DNA of 63,842 nt, filler included, from Phoronis australis (Eukaryota > Animalia > Phoronida): the NCBI GenBank assembly GCA_002633005.1. It is 8 parts of 8 records of this genome, joined end to end, with 100 filler letters (N's around TTAATTAATTAA, not from the genome) between each part and the next. Parts side by side here need not be neighbours in the genome. Positions count along the whole stretch, not along the records: positions 48,593 to 56,149 come from NMRA01002008.1; positions 56,250 to 59,100 come from NMRA01003378.1; positions 59,201 to 63,842 come from NMRA01002530.1; 5 more parts are not named here. One strand, written 5' to 3'. Made by a program: the position numbers and the translations under genes. This document shows, piece after piece, positions 49,365 to 62,942 of the stretch (within the stretch, counting starts at the first letter, position 1; every line of letters begins with the position of its first letter). Under the pieces are notes generated by a model. It did no database searches. It was not told the origin of the DNA and was given only the letters and a program-made list of their open reading frames with translations.

Positions 49365-52300
49365 TTACAAATTTGCTATGAAGTCATTGAGTGACTTGCT
49401 TGATAAAGTCCTCTTGAAATCATTTGTGTCTAAAATTTCTTCTTTGCGAGGTGAGTCAACTTCGGATAAATTTTGTTCCCCGTCAATGTTGGCAGGCTCG
49501 GATAAGTCCGAACTCGTCTCTGGTTTTTCATTGGCGAGATCTTTAGCAAAGTTGTCGTCGCAGATCTTGCGGAGCAGTTCTTTGTCAAGGGAACTTTCGG
49601 TGCTTCTCTTGGAAAGATGTGAATCTGAACTCGCCGACTTGATGTATCTCTGGTAGGCCGGTTGCTCGTGGCCACAGTTGGAGCACGTGAATAACGGCTG
49701 TATGGACGGCGTTCGAGTACTCGCTACAAAAAAGAAAACTAAGGAAGGCTGGTGTTTAGACCGTTGACGTTTAAAAATGGCTATAACTCGGATGTCACCA
49801 TTTGTTTTTCTGAGGTTTGTTTCATAACAAGTTATTTAAGATTTAATTCATAAATCTGGTCTTGCAAATACACTCCAAACAATTATTTCAGAAAGAAATA
49901 AATCTCAGGTGAGCCAAAGTGCAGTCTTCGAGAATATACATACAACCACCAGTTAGGTCTACTGAGGTAATTTTTATCGATTGTTTCTAGACTGCGATAC
50001 GCTCACAATTACTTGGCTAAACATTTTCAGCAATTTTGAAGTGGTAAGGCCAAATTTCATGAAACAAACCCCAGCTCATGAAAAGTGACAAGATCTAATT
50101 CAGAAGAGTGTGCATACGCTCATTTAACAATTACTGAATAAAGGTCCAGTCTCTTAAGTAGTAGCATATCACAAAATACAAACAGTTTGTACACACATCA
50201 GTCGTGACTATATTCTAAGAGACGTACTTTTCCTGAAATGGGATTTACTTAATTTTCACAAATAATTGTGTGAAGCGTAAAACCAAATTTCTCGGTTAAG
50301 TCTTTAGACATTTTTCATGACACAGACCCCGATCACTTTTTTACCGTAGGAACCCATCAGGGCTGACGCAAAGCACTTAAGATCACGCAATTCTGCGAGA
50401 TATCACCAAAGATTTCAAGCAAGACGTGATTACACTAGTTCATCTCTCGAGTGTCTTGGGTATATAGAACTCAACCCTACGCATGCGACTAAAAAGTGCT
50501 CTCGCACAAGAAAATTCGTTGCAGTGGACACGTGCTTTCAATTACGGTGCACGTAAGTTATCTATGGTGTCACCAGATGTTTACCAGCCGATAACTATGC
50601 GACACCACCTTAGAAAAAAGCAGCTCCGTTGGCGAAATCACAAATTGCGGTTGCCCCCCCCCCCGCCTCTTCCCACATCCTAGATCCAGCAGTGACAAGC
50701 GCCACAATTCCCATTCATTGCAGGTCACAAGAAGCCCTTAGGTATCTTAGAACATTCAAAGCCTATAGCATCTAAGAAATATTGGGGGAAGCCTGCATAT
50801 GTTATAACGTGTGCGTGTGCGATCAATGAATAGACGAGACTAAAGTGTTAAAGAAAACCGCAATCATCATTGGTTGCGATGATGTTCCGAATTCTTATAT
50901 TTACAAAAATGCACAACTTCACTTAAAATTGCTACACATAATTTTACCTACAAACTCACTGTCTGCGACTTAAGTTGGTTTTGCAGATTCTAATTTCAGT
51001 GCATTGTATCATTGAACAACTGGACCCGGGGTCTAATCTCTTTACTCAAGCTTGAAAATATTTGTGACATTTTCCGTTTTTCTTTAATACAAACTCAAGA
51101 TATTTGTGTAGAACAAAAGGCTTGAGTACGTTAAGGTTAACGCAGATGAGAGTCACGTCTAGGATTAGAGATAAAAACTCGAGTAGAAACTCGAGATTTC
51201 TAGTTCAGTCTCGTACTCTTAATTTTGATGTTGGGGTCATCAAGTGCAAAATAGGATTGCACCCCCACTCCATGTGACGCCTTTTATACTCGAGCACAGA
51301 GTAATTATTGACATTTATTTGAGATCGTATTCAGGGTTGAGCGGAAAATGCCATAGCTATTTACTATTTCCATGTCGAGTACAAAGATTAAACCTCCATC
51401 TTTTTATGTACATTGTAACGAGGTGCTTCGGGTAATGTTTGCTTTTGTCGCACTTTGAGGCGCAGTACGGTGATTTTATCCTCGGGTGCTTATTTTCCGG
51501 TACGAAAACTAGGGCGAAGCAACATCAGCGTTGGGGAATCAATATCATAAATTGATTAGCCTAGATATTCAAATACTGGATAAAGATTTTTTAACACGTT
51601 ATTAACTCCACCAACTGGAAATCAATCGAGCCCCGTTTCATGCGCGCACGCAACCCGAAAAAAGGGTGCACGTTCTCAGCTATGAATTGTGTATTCGCCG
51701 AATTTAGGTAGTTTCTGCATTTTTAGTGGACTTTTGTTTCGTTTTCTACTTTTTGGAGTTTTTGTTTCTCTGAAGCGTACCTTTTTGCCCACCTCACCAA
51801 ATAGGGGGCCCGTTCGAGCCTCCCCCTGGGTGAGTGCATGCGCCGATTCATGAAATCCAAATTCAAGTTTCACTGATGAAACAGGTCCCCAGAGCAGTCA
51901 TGACTGGGGCGATGTAAGACGAAACAAAAATACAGTTGCTTCCCTTCAAAGACCTGTCTGTCTCTATACTGACCTGCCCAAATGACCCCCATACAGACGG
52001 CGCCCGCTACAGAGGCTAACAGCGGAAGTACCACCTTCGGCCAAATTTTCCCATCGCAGTGTTGCGTATCCTCGTAGACGGGCTCTTTAGAACCACCCTT
52101 TACGCACGAGCAGTTTGTCTTTACGTCACAGCCAGTGAAGTACGACCCTGTCACAGTGGTGTTGCAAGAACATCCCTCCGTAGTCGTGTTTTGCGCAGCC
52201 ATTTGTTGCGCATTATTGGCATTTGTTCCCGTTGGTAGACCTACCACTGGGATCACGTTGACGGGAATGTCGCATAGGATGCCTTTCCAGTTTGGCGGGC

Positions 52301-55300
52301 AGACGCACTCATATAGGTTCACTCGATTTACACACGTTGCGTTGACGGGACATGGATTGCTGTAGAAACAAATTGGCATTTGTGAGCTCGTAATGTGCTC
52401 AAAATTGTGTCGAGACAACAAAATTACAACCCATATCAATGTACATATATCAGTTGGCACGGGATTTACTTTTTTGATACTGGACGCCAGTGCTCCTGGG
52501 CTTGTCTGTTTATAAAACATGCCAAATTCGTAACCCGCCTGAGTCACCCGGGCTAAGTGCAACATGTTTCTTGAATATATTTATGCCAGTTTTCGTGTTG
52601 GCTGTAGTCTACTGCCACTAAACTTCAGGTAATTGTGGCGGATGTAGAGTGTGTCAAAGTAAGTGTTGTGCCGGTCTCCCTAAAAGGTCTTAATTTGTAG
52701 GTGTGTAAGTAATTGACCAAGAGTACAGTACATATACAGAGGAAAGAAATCCCGACGAAGATTTCTAGATTTGCCCTGGAAATAATTATACACAGTATTG
52801 AGTGTATTAGGCCAAGCAAAACAATGTTTCCAGGTGGTTAATCCACGTTGTGCAATGTGGTGCTGTTCTTTGTGGAGGAGGTCTATACTAATTTCATAAA
52901 GCGCTATTAAACCCGTGCTTTGATTTTGGCCACTTACCTCAGTTGGTGATTGTTTTGTACCTTACTCAGTTTGAGATGTAGTCTCTGGGCTCGGGATCAA
53001 CTGATAGTTCCTCAGACCAAGCTCATACAAGTTTATATTACCTCAGTACTGATTGAGCTTCATAAGCAGTGGTTTGACAATGTAAGCAATAACGAATTGT
53101 CAGTCCTTTCCAAACCGGTAAATAACGCCTGTTTTGACAGAGGAACCATTAGAGACCAATTTCATAACGATAAGTGGCCTAAATCAAATGACACAGAATT
53201 AGTGCTACTTTGTAAGCAGTGAAAACAGTAACAGTCCGTCTTTGTCTTGCGTGGACTCATGGAGCCGATGCCAAACTGCAGGTTTTGAGGGGACTGCTGG
53301 TCAGAGTCTTACCTGATGCATTCATTGAAGTCGTACTCGCAGTTCTCTCCCATCCATCCCGGTGCGCATTTGCACTCGTATGTAGGCGACCGGTTGATGC
53401 ACGTGCCACCATAGCGGCAGGGAAAACTGGAAAATTAAAAACATTTGCTTTCACTTTACAACAACTAAATAATCAACCACACTTTGTGAGATAAGTACTG
53501 CTTGGGTTGACTAGTCTTGGGGCTAGGCGGAATATTAAAAGGATTCATGCGTCGGACAAAATAGAATTTCTACGGTTAAGAGCTTAGGTGCGATGCTTGA
53601 AAGCTTTTAGATGCCCTGTTGGATCATTGTGACCATAGATTTTAGGGCTCATTTTGGTCCGTTTACGTAAACAAACCTGGATGTCTTATATGTTAATGCT
53701 GTGAACACGTACGAACTTCAGTCAAAATCGTGTCATGTACAAACAACATTTTTCATATATAGCTCAATAGCTACGATAACATCCAAAATGAAGACTTCCT
53801 ACAGAAGATACCGCTACCAATGACGTGGTTAAGAAAGATTTCCTAAGAACAGGCTACGAGTCACGTGACAAAAAAGACTTCCTACAGAAGAGGATACGAA
53901 TCCCGTGACTTCTTAAGAAGAGGCTTCCAATCTCGTGAGAGGCTGGTTTCCTTGAGTATGCAATGCATAATGTGATGCATTTAAATCACCTTTGCAAGAA
54001 AATAGAAGAGATGTTTTCATGTGTCCGTAATGCGTATTTCGTAATCGCCTAATCGCTAATAACAGTGACGGATTTAGAGGGGGGGGGGGGCAAGTGGGCT
54101 ATGCCCCCCTAATATTCTCCCAGATTACATTTGGCAGTTCGGGGGTGCGAATGTCTGACGGGAAAAATCCTGGCTAATACTCTGCCCTGCCCCCCCCCTC
54201 AAAATCCTGACTAAGTTTACTTGAAACGGATTGTGTTGCGATTCAATGCGCATAACGGAGGAGATTCCGCTTTCATGACATCATCGAAGAAGTTTGCTAC
54301 TGAAAGTGCTAACAAACTAACTACAGTGGCAATTTAACGAGTCGCGTGTCAAAATGGCCGCAACCGCCAATCCTCCAACCTTTTTAAGGAACTAAGTTGT
54401 GCTGTCCCAAAATTAACACGTCAATTTAGCACTGCGTTCTGACAGCGACATTTAGTGTTTTCTGTCGGCTTACCTCCAGCATGGATTGGTGCTGTACTGG
54501 CAGTTAACTCCATACCACGTATCGGTGCAGTTACACTGGTATCCGTTCAGCATGTCTACGCACTTTCCTTGTTCACATGGGGAGCTTCAATTAGAGGAAA
54601 GAATTTAAATGAACGTAATTGGCAAAGTACTGGGCGACTAGCCCAAAGGGTGGCTCCCAACAGTGTAGAAATGAACTGCACATGAAAAAGGAGAGATGTC
54701 AACGTCACGTCTGTTTTAAGAAGTTCGAGAACGCCCATCTTGCGTACCTTTCTGAGTTCTGGTGAAGTAAGAAATTTTCTCACAGCCTCGGCTGTGGTTC
54801 TACAAAATGTGCATTTCAAATGACAATTTCTGCTTTGTTTTCCTCAAAACTGATACTACAATTCGAGTCTAAAATCCCAGTCAAAATATCTCCCTAAATA
54901 ATTCTCCTTTTCGACTATCCACCACTGAAATATACTTGGTGTTGTTTGTGTTTCGAAAATAACGCAAACAAAGAGTTTGGTTGTATTATCGAAAGTTAAC
55001 TTTTACAATTGTCTTAAACATTAATATAATACTAAATAAAGTTCGTTGTACCAATAATTTGATTTTGACGAAAAATGAGATCTTTTGTCAGGACACATCA
55101 ATATCGATTCGGTTTGCAAACTAACCTTGCACATTCGTCGATGTTCGTTTCACACTGTCTACCAGTCATTCCAGCAGGACACTGACACTCGTATCGACCA
55201 ATCAGATTGTCGCACGTTCCGTTATTCATGCACGGATTACTGAAAAATTTGACCGAGACAGGTCATTCAAATGAACGTCTGAATGTAAATATAACTTTTC

Positions 55301-56149
55301 TGTGTTTCCAATTTGTACTTCTTTCAGATCATTCAATTTTCTTGTAATTTTTAGTACTTGTGTATAAATGAAATAATTAAAAAATGTTAAGTAAAACCGG
55401 GCAACCTATATCTTTTTTCAGATTGGGAATTCCACGAGCAAATGAGTTATTGTTTTATATAAATAAATAAGTAAATCATTTTCTACCAAACTTCCGACAT
55501 AACTTCTGTGTATTCAGTAAATACTAATAAAATGTTTGACATGGAAATAAAATCACATACCTTTTTAACCACGCAAACCTACCTCCCACATTCGTCAATG
55601 TCCGTTTGACAACGAAGACCAGCGAAGCCCGTCTGACATTGACACAAGTAGTAAGCTTCGTTGTCAATGCATGTCGCATTGTTTTGACAGGGGTTACTGA
55701 GAAAAATAAGAATTGGAAATGATTTTTGAGAAGTACGCAATGAATACAATACTCAAAATTTTAAATGCGAATTGCTACCTGCATTGTTTAACAAGCGTCA
55801 ATCATGCTCTCCTGTCAAACCCATTTTAAAAACTTCAAAGATTATTATACTTTAAGTAGGCCTAGCTTCAGCAGAATACGTGACTTATTTTTGTCAAATG
55901 TAAGTTCTCTGTAGATGAGAAGAAAGCCTTGTGTTTATTTTTTTGTAGTCAACTACGAGTGACAAATCTGGTAATTGAAACAGCAGACAAGCATTCGAAA
56001 AACCTCCTTTGCTATGCTGGGCCCCTGACTTCTTTCCCATGGTTAAATAGGAAAAATTACCTAGTGCATTCGTCTATTTCTTGGAAACAGTTTGTTCCCG
56101 TCCAGCCTAAATTACACGTGCAAGTGTACCCGTTGACCTTGTCGTTACA
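49365..56149 (-). CDS. 3' part of a multi-EGF (Ca-binding, Notch/fibropellin-type repeats) single-pass transmembrane protein
   Basis: EGF exons at 56061-56149 (partial), 55583-55696, 55126-55239, 54474-54584 and 53313-53426 (111-114 nt, phase 2, e.g. [37 protein letters not shown]). Exon 51974-52359 encodes an EGF, a Cys-rich stalk and the [23 protein letters not shown] putative last exon 49365-49723 (..[19 protein letters not shown]) is phase-compatible, though an intervening exon is possible. Confidence 0.85.
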
Positions 56150-57189
56150 NNNNNNNNNNNNNNNNNNNNNNNNNNNNNNNNNNNNNNNNNNNNTTAATTA
56201 ATTAANNNNNNNNNNNNNNNNNNNNNNNNNNNNNNNNNNNNNNNNNNNNTAGAACGTTTCCCGTACTTCGAAAACGCAAAAATCAAACATTTGCTGCTTA
56301 GGCACAACTTTTTTTACCCCACTAAAGCTAGTATTACTCACCCGACCATCATGAATTAGTCAAAACACCTTGTGCTTTGTCAATAGCTCGATTTTTTATT
56401 TTGGCTGAAGGGCACAAGGGTGGCCAAGATTTTGATTTGTTGCCGTTGTAGCTTTTAGGTCTTTGAACGGATTTTCCTAAAACATGATAAAAAGTTAGTA
56501 TGTTTTTAAAATACAGTATCCATTTTACAGCTTACGGGTGTGACAAAATTCCGCATTTCCATTTGCCAGTTTTTGAGGTATTCATAATTCATGGCTAAAA
56601 TGACGAAGTATACAGCTTTGGTTTTGTTTGCACGTCTCACGGTTTATCATCAACCTCAATGTTCAACGTCACCATCGACCCAATCGCTGGTTTAGCCCTC
56701 AATGTTGCATCACCCATTATATAATATGTTACCTTGATCAAGGTTAAAAGTGGCGTTTCGTGCCTCTACATTAGGGCTATTTCTGAGACTGGCTATGGTT
56801 GCGGTGGTGTTGTCGCAATGGTCTTCAGGTTATGTGACACCACTCGGTCTTCCGGTCTTGGACGTGCGTTTTCTGCAGCTTATGTAAGTTGTGTAATGCT
56901 GTTGGCAGCGCTGTTGGAACCTCGACAGGGATACGAGTATCAACGTCGAGGTCGTTTTACAAAAAGTTCCTTGTGCGGTTTCTTCTTCCGATGTCGAATT
57001 CTGTGTCCATGTGTAACCTGGTGGTCGTTCTTGGTGTCGATCTCATTCCTTCAGTTATTCCGATTAAGTTTTGCTCACGAGAGTGTTTGTACTAGATGAT
57101 GGAATGAGCGAGCACTTTGGATGTTATCTTGCCTGGTCACCAACTTTGTTACTGTACTTGACGAAATGAAACTTGCCACGTGTCCCTTA

Positions 57190-57645
57190 CAAAAATGAAC
57201 TTAAGTTTTTTATTGAAAACTTAAGTTTTTAGCGAAAAAACTTAAGTTTTTGGAAAATGACTTAAATTTTAGAGGAAAAACTTAAAATCTTCCGAAAAAC
57301 CTAAGTTTTTAAAACTTAAGTTTCTCGCCAAAAACTTAAGTTTTTTAGAAAAATTAAGTTTTTTCAGGTGTAAAACTTAAGTTTTCACAAATAAACGTAA
57401 CTTTCAAGTAATAACTTAAGTTTTCATGAAAACTTAAGTTTTTTGAACTAACAAAACTTAAGTTTTTCTGATAACTTAAGTTTATCATAAAACTTAAGTT
57501 TTTGTAATTTTAAAAACTTAAGTTTTCCTGACTTCTTAAGTTTTTCGAAAACTTTAGTTTTTCCAATTATAGAAACTTAAGCTTTCCTGACTTTTTAAGT
57601 TTTTCAGAAAACTGGATTTTTTATGTATGGAACACTTGAATTTTC
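57190..57645. repeat. AT-rich array of palindromic AAACTTAAGTTT units running into an assembly gap
   Basis: About 20 imperfect copies of (A)AAACTTAAGTTT(T) at ~20-bp spacing. Confidence 0.85.
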
Positions 57646-57970
57646 NNNNNNNNNNNNNNNNNNNNNNNNNNNNNNNNNNNNNNNNNNNNNNNNNNNNNNN
57701 NNNNNNNNNNNNNNNNNNNNNNNNNNNNNNNNNNNNNNNNNNNNNNNNNNNNNNNNNNNNNNNNNNNNNNNNNNNNNNNNNNNNNNNNNNNNNNNNNNNN
57801 NNNNNNNNNNNNNNNNNNNNNNNNNNNNNNNNNNNNNNNNNNNNNNNNNNNNNNNNNNNNNNNNNNNNNNNNNNNNNNNNNNNNNNNNNNNNNNNNNNNN
57901 NNNNNNNNNNNNNNNNNNNNNNNNNNNNNNNNNNNNNNNNNNNNNNNNNNNNNNNNNNNNNNNNNNNNNN
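57646..57970. other. Scaffold gap (325 N)
   Basis: An N-run without the TTAATTAATTAA linker. Confidence 0.9.
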
Positions 57971-60496
57971 TGTGTGTGAATTATCTAAACTTCTAACACG
58001 TAATATACTTCTGGAGGTCCATCAGAGGAAGCCATAACGTTCACATAAGGCTATTACTCTATTATATTTCTGTCTTCTGAGGTTTTTTCAGTGTGATCAA
58101 TGCAAGGGGGACTACCAAGGCAAAGTGTAATCATTTCCCAAGTTGGGTATATTGGCATTGGTTGTGTGTGCTTATGTCTATGTTCGTAGTAATTCTTGGA
58201 GGCTCCTGATTTTGAAATCTCATATCACTACTGGTCAATAATTTGCAAGGTTCACTTGCCTCATCCACGCACCCATCCTTAAATATGGGGGGTGCTCAAA
58301 TTTTTGGGAATGTTGACCTTTTACTAAAAAAACGGGGCATGTTCAGAGCTGTGCACAGTGCATTCCTGAATTACAGCTTTTTAGTGGACTCGTGTATCGT
58401 TTTCTCAATGTTTTTGTTTCTATGAGGCTGACCTTTTTATCCCCACTTAGGCAAGTGAGGGGTGCTCGTTCAAGCATCCCCTGGGTGCGCGCATATGCCT
58501 GGTTCTCAAAATTAAGAATCACCGATGTAACTAATGAATTGCCTATTTTGACTGATTTGCTCAGGTTTGTCGAGAGGATCTAGGGTATTAAATGCGAAAG
58601 CACATTCCGATCCCACTACTAGTACCCTATCTGAAATACCTCCCGGCATAGGTCACAATGTACCCAAGTGAAGTCTTACCAGTCAACATGTTAACTATTG
58701 TTAAGCACAGTGAAACTTGCATAACTCCTGTCTAATTGCACCAAATAATTCAATGCAAATAAGGAAAATCTGTGTAATTTGACTTTGGGATTGAGTATGT
58801 GCTTTCGAATTTTTACCGGGTTGTGGAATATTGATATGTCGCAAAAGTTTGCATATTCAGACTTAAAATTTTCACATTCAATGCGAGTTCGACTGGTTTT
58901 ATTGAAATCAAATATTTCAGTGTCATGGTGAAAGTGATAGTTAATCTGGGTACAACTTTACCTAGGAGTTGAGTTGAGTTGAATATGGACTCACTAGAAT
59001 GATCTCCCCATGTACGTAGGAGCATATTCTTTTCCCTCTAGAAATTTGCTTGGAATCTCAATTTAATATCTTTGCTAGTAAATTGATTGGTAGGAGTAAA
59101 NNNNNNNNNNNNNNNNNNNNNNNNNNNNNNNNNNNNNNNNNNNNTTAATTAATTAANNNNNNNNNNNNNNNNNNNNNNNNNNNNNNNNNNNNNNNNNNNN
59201 TTGCTGGGGTAACATTATGAACTCCTGTGAACATCGTGCGAACGATTTTTCTATCATTTCTTGCTGGCTTCGTAAGGCAGCCGCGTTGGAGCCCAGCATT
59301 CGCAAACTGTTTGCAAGTTCACAGCCAAAGCGACGACACTGTACAAGGATTTTCACGAAAAATGTTTTGACAAAAGCAACTTATACCCCGCCTCAATACA
59401 GGCCCGTAAAAATAAAAGCTTGACAAGATTATTGCGTATTAGTTAGAGTTGGTAATCAATATTATGGAACCTCAAACCCCTACTGCGTGTTGGTCGTAAG
59501 AATGTCTCGAGCTATTATTCGAGTGCAGTGCCCCTTGCAGCATTCGCAGGAATGCCATTCGAACGGTTTTTCGTATGCTGTTATTACAAAGTTGTTAGAA
59601 AGGCAATTGTAGGGAAGTTCGTCATTTTGACGTGTTTGGTGTTCTTAGAGGGGTAAGCAAGATCTGCTATGTTCAAGTAAATTCTCTTTTTTAAAGATTT
59701 TCGAAACACAACGTCTTTCGACACAAGAGGAAAGAGAGTGAAGGAAAGAACTATTCAGCAAGCGAAACTTCTCTACAAATTTTATAACAGATGAATCCGC
59801 AAACAGATATTTCTTAAAGCCCTGAATAGACGGCATCCGTTTACAGGGTGTACCCCGACAAAATGTGTCAATCATCTTATCAACAACTTGCAAGAGGCAT
59901 GAGTCATACACGGCGGTGCAGCACAACCAACTTTCAAAATTGAAATTATAGGGTCGCCGTAAATAAGCATTTTAACAAATAACGTAGGCACTCTAGGACC
60001 ATCGCAAAACCATATAATTTCCCAAAAAACGTCTCCTAACTAGTTGTTTTTGTGAATTTTGTCGTACAAACTTCGTAAAAAGCTCGAAAGAGACTTTGCT
60101 ACCTCTACGAATACCTACCTTTGTAGACATTGGAATGCCGTACAAACATATCGTTCGTATGAACTTTCGCGGCCGTATCTTTAATTTAAATGTCTACCTT
60201 TTCATTCGCTTCTGATGGGTTATGAGTAGGCCAAGTGTCGGCCATTTTGGTTTACGGTTTTACGTTAATGTCGGTTTCTCGTTTGAAATGTGCCGGGTTT
60301 TGGTATGATTGGTAGGCGGTATAGTTACATTACATTGTCGGACTGAGCCAGGGTTTGGGAAGTTTTGTAACCCCAAACAGAATATATTCAAATTGTCATT
60401 GGCTGCAATTGACTGACTTCGCTGGTTCCGCCGGATCATCCGGCTAAGATGTCTGATTGGTCTATAAGTCGGAAGTTGCCATCGAAAACCAATCAG

Positions 60497-60896
60497 GGCC
60501 CGGTCTCTAATCTTTGTACTCGAAACGAACTCGAAACTATTTTTGGCAATTTCTCTGCTCCTTTTGTGCTAACTTAAGATAATTAGTTATCAGACTGTGC
60601 TCGAATACATTATAGTTTATGCATAGGAGTTTCTAGTTCAAGTTTGCCCTTGAAGACCCTTATATTCGTGCTACAAACTTGAGTAAAACTCGAAATTTCG
60701 AGTTCAAACTCGAACTTATTTCTTTAATATTGGGTTTACAAACTGTGAACTAAGGGCAATAAATTATCTACGTAAGTTATTGTGTACTCGAGCATAGAAT
60801 AATAGACACTTATCTTGAGTTCGCCCAAAAGTAGAGTAGAAAATGCCAAACCTAATTTCGAGTTCCGTTTCGAGTAAAAAGATTGGAGACCGGGCC
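60497..60896. mobile_element. PIF/Harbinger-like MITE (~400 bp) in an intron
   Basis: Imperfect ~40-bp TIR: GGCCCGGTCTCTAATCTTTGTACTCGAAACG pairs with CGTTTCGAGTAAAAAGATTGGAGACCGGGCC. It is flanked by a CAG 3-bp direct repeat. Confidence 0.75.
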
Positions 60897-61349
60897 CAGA
60901 TGTCTTAGCTGGTTGACCAGCTGGAGCTGGGGAAGACAATCAAGTGCAATCTTATTTAAGTTACCAGAGTCTCTCCTCACGTGTCGTTTCAAGGGAAACA
61001 ATACCATTTGTTTTTGTTTAGTCATGCACGTCGTGACAGCGCTGTGGAACTCCATAAATTTAGATTGATTTTGAATAGACAGGACTTGAAACGGGGTAAA
61101 GTCAATGGGCGAATCAGGGGAGTGTTTTAAGGAGCAGTCTTGTTTACGAAAAAAATACAAACATAGTAATTGTAGCTTTTGTTTTTAACACATACATTTA
61201 AAATATCGTTTGCTATAGATTAAAAAATATCTTGAATTTAAGTTTTGTGAGTGGTCGGAGAATTCTAAAAGCAGGCGATGCCATTCGCTTCTTTTGGTAT
61301 GCTCTATTTTTAGCAAATACCCAGAAGAGAATTGTGTTTTGTCTTGCAG

Positions 61350-62942
61350 GTGCATCGAAGACACTTGCCATTCTAATAGAAGGGGAATCTCTTCTTAATG
61401 ACGGAGCGGCCATTGTAATATTTAACGTAATCATAGATATCGTATCGAAAGGACAGAGCAGTCCCTATTACTCTGGTGAGATATGCCTGCTTTTGGAAGA
61501 TTTCTAAAGAAAATGAGCGATCGCTATGCGAGCCGAGAACATAAAGCAGCTTTTAAATCGACGTTTTGTGTAAAAAACATCTTTGAATTATTTCAAGTCC
61601 CATGCCGTGATAAAATTTGGCGGTGTTTTGCTCTTTACTCAGTTTAGAAGCGATCTATCGACTCAATATTTTTTCAAACCAAGCTCAGAAAGTGTTTTGG
61701 TCGCGGAATGACATGAAATATTATGAGTATGGAGGAAGGAAGAGGGAGGGAGGGAGGGAGGGGGAGGAATGACTTGAAATGTTATGAGTGCGGTCTGAAG
61801 AAATGTCAGCTCTTTCACCGCGGAAAAATCACATCTTTTTGACCACAGGGAATTTCAGATCAATTTCATAAGCTTAATAGAAATTTCGTTGTTGTTTCAC
61901 AGTCAAGCACGGATTTGATGCCACTTCAACTAACAGGGCTACGACAAGTATGACAAACGATCCAAAACAGGGGGCAAGGTGTGCATGTAATAAGATACAG
62001 AGCACCCCCGTGACTGGTCTCACATGTTCGATGCCCATTAGGGAGGGACGGAGNACATGTGGCACCATCTTTTGGAGATCAGATGAACTATTAATATTTT
62101 GCGTGATTAATGTACTTATGTTCCTAATGGTCTGAATGTCACTGTCGGGGGGTCTTCTTACTAGGATTGCCATGTAAAGTAGTCCTGGCTCTCATTCTGA
62201 GAACCTGACGATACTCTGTCAGCTGATGTCCTCACGTCCAGTGGTTGAAAAAGGCTCAGCACCACGTTCGAGATAGAGGGAGAGAGGGCAGGAGCGAGAG
62301 AGGGAGGGAAGGAGGGAGGGAAGGAGGGAGGGAAGGAGGGAGGGAGGGAGGGTGGCTTTAAGTGGCCCCTAGAATTATAAACCGCTAAAATTAATTGATA
62401 ATGCTGGTAATCATAACGTAAAATTGCCGTGAGGACTTGACAGGGACCTCAGGGATTTCACACTCCACTGATTTATCCACATTATTTTGAAAACGCTTTG
62501 CCCAGTCGCACATTTTGTGTCATAAAAGAGACAAGCATACCAGCAGCTGACGCAGCAAGTAAAACTACTCTCGTTTATCACATTGGTGTAGACTCACAGT
62601 TGATCTATGGTTTTCTGTAGACCCCAGACCGTCCCAAGTTGCACCACATACCAACTCGGGACGGTCTCTCACGACGATTAAGCGTTATGATGATGTTGAC
62701 CCTGAATTTTATTGTACTATGCTATATTATGACATCACGCTTATTTAAGCCCATAAATTGACGAATCTTTGTCATTGTAGTTGGTGGCGTAGCGCTGTAT
62801 TTCCTTCGAGTCAGTCTAGGCGGTCCGGCACTGGGATGGGTTTTTGGCAAACTAACCACTTTTTGGCTGTCTATGATATTTAACGATGCCATGACGGAGA
62901 TCACCATTACGCTGGGCGCAGCTTACGTCACTTTCTACGTGG
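61350..62942 (+). CDS. Two exons (61350-61475, 62781-62942) of a CPA1 Na+/H+ exchanger of the SLC9C1 (sperm-type)/SOS1-like group
   Basis: GASKTLAILIEGESLLNDGAAIVIFNV (CPA1 signature GESxxND) and FLRVSLGGPALGWVFGKLTTFWLSMIFNDAMTEITITLGAAYVTFYV. Splice sites are canonical and phase 1. Confidence 0.88.
62275..62355 (+). repeat. Polypurine (GGGA/GGAA)n tract
   Basis: Read directly. A similar short tract lies at ~61730-61768. Confidence 0.8.

Noticed and set aside
49430-49675. ORF-track frame [10 protein letters not shown] as the EGF gene tail
   Set aside because: A different frame matches the upstream phase-1 donor and runs open to a stop at 49365.
56734-57170. Possible coding exon on contig 56250-59100
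   Set aside because: The frames are interrupted by stops and show no recognisable motif.
57623-58037. ORFs spanning N-runs
   Set aside because: They consist almost entirely of X from the assembly gap.
3369-59200. Recurring TTAATTAATTAA flanked by Ns as a biological repeat; gene neighbourhoods across these blocks
   Set aside because: It is an artificial six-frame-stop linker. Adjacency across it (for example nAChR, folate receptor, EGF gene and exchanger) carries no biological meaning.
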